Source: Callorhinchus milii (taxonomy: Eukaryota). Taken from it: a stretch of 64,000 nt of DNA. The DNA lies in the NCBI RefSeq assembly GCF_018977255.1, contig NW_024704745.1, positions 8,928,001 through 8,992,000 of the forward strand, read 5' to 3'. The translations under genes were made by a program, and so were the position numbers. This document shows, piece after piece, positions 62,590-64,000 of the stretch; the first letter of the stretch is position 1, and each line of letters opens with the position of its first letter. Below the pieces are notes generated by a model that saw only the letters and a list, made by a program, of their open reading frames with translations, did no database searches and was not told the origin of the DNA.

Positions 62590-62985
62590 TGATAATAATA
62601 ATTATTGCATTTGATATTGCACCTTATCACATTGTCAAAAAACGCTTTATATGATTTGTTGCAAAGTGTAGTGACTGTATTTTTTGGTGAATGCTGCACA
62701 TAGCAATGTTCCACAAACAACCGTGAAATGAATGGGCAATTTTATTTGGGAGATTGTTGGCCAGAACTCTGGGAGAAAGTCCCTTCTCTTTTCGAATCGT
62801 GCTACGGGATCTTTAACCTCCACTTGAACAGACAAACAGGACTTTGGTTTAATTTCTCATCTGAAAGACATCTTTCAGATGAGACATTAAACCAAAGTCC
62901 TTCTGACAATGCAACACCAACCCCTCCACCCCCCACGGCACTGCATTGGAGTGTTAGCCTAGACTGTGAGCCTAGACTGTAGAGT
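62590..62985 (-). mobile_element. Older Deu-domain SINE abutting the L2 5' end
   Basis: GGGATCTTTAACCTCCACTTGAACAGACA core, ATTGCATTTGATAT tail. Confidence 0.8.
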
Positions 62986-64000
62986 GCCTTTTACCTCAGA
63001 AGAATGTCTCAAAGCTGCACTGGGGATTTGTAGTGAGTTGCTCCACTTTCTTCTGTGATCTTTGGATCACTCACTGTGGGTGAGAATGCAGAAAGCAAGC
63101 TCCTACTCCTCGACCAGTGGTGCTACAGAAGGGAATCATGAGAGCTGTTGAGCCTTTTCCTTTGATTTGCAGGGTAATTTGTCTAGCCTTTGCTTGGCCA
63201 GGCAAATTACCACAGGAGCAGACCCACACTCAGTTGCACCATGTGTAATCAATAATAATAATAATAATAATCCTTGCATTTGATATAGCGCTTTTCACGT
63301 CGGGAGGACGTCCCAAAGTGCTTCACAGAACACACTGTAAAGTGAATTGACTGTATATTTGTGGGCGAACGCGGCAACCAATCAACAAAATGAAACAGGT
63401 TGCCAGGAAAGGTAGTTGACCCCAGGATAGAGGAACACAGTTGAAAAGCAGCCTGATGCTCTGATGAGAGGTTGGGTATTCTGGAGGGATGAGATCAGAT
63501 GGGTTGAAGGGCTTTCTTCATCCAAACCAATCTTGTGACCAACCAATCTTTTGACCACTGATCTGTCGTTGTTTCATGCCTGTCATCTTCGTGCCTTGCT
63601 TTATTGACGCCTGCAGAAAGCCATCGCCATACTTAAGGGTATCCAAACTAAACTGAGAATTCCATGCAAGCAAGAAATTCCCGAGATATTTATTGGAAAG
63701 GAATGTGCACTTTCTCCCTGGAGGGATGCATCCTGTTACCCAAATCTGGAGAGTATTAGGTACAGGTTGGCAAGGAAACTAACCAGCGCCACTGATACTA
63801 AGAACAAATCTTATGAATAAATTGCCCATATTTGAAGAACAAGTTGCTGCAACATTTTTCAAACCTGTTTGTTCGTAGAGTGAATACTGGGACATTAAGC
63901 CAAAGTGCACCAAATTTCTTCCAAGAATAGCAGGTCAGTATGGAACATGGAGTGTCTCAACAAAATTATAGCCATTAATAGGAAATAATTATTTGTGGGC

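Overview
Vertebrate genomic DNA, repeat-rich and almost entirely intronic. The L2/CR1 LINEs and tRNA-headed Deu-domain SINEs point to a cartilaginous fish, probably a chimaera such as Callorhinchus milii (inference). The one securely identified gene segment is the large coding exon of FILIP1L on the minus strand (27764-30551). It has a probable internal promoter about 19 kb upstream (CArG/CRE/AP-1/TEAD cluster near 49.7 kb). A plus-strand CpG-island promoter and first exon at 7.4-7.7 kb appear to start a very long intron hosting FILIP1L antisense, the arrangement of CMSS1 in mammals, but this exon does not encode the CMSS1 N-terminus. Two coding exons of an unidentified divergent minus-strand gene lie at 3165-3231 and 1078-1236. 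The most interesting leads are a candidate recursive splice site in the host intron, an inverted young SINE pair that could circularise the FILIP1L exon, SINE subfamilies that differ in the L2-recognised tail loop, a divergent CTCF pair, and motif-bearing tandem repeats around the promoter. I see no clearly new biological system, and no CRISPR or prokaryotic features. Most other ORFs in the track are repeat-derived or spurious. Repeat boundaries were read by eye and are approximate.
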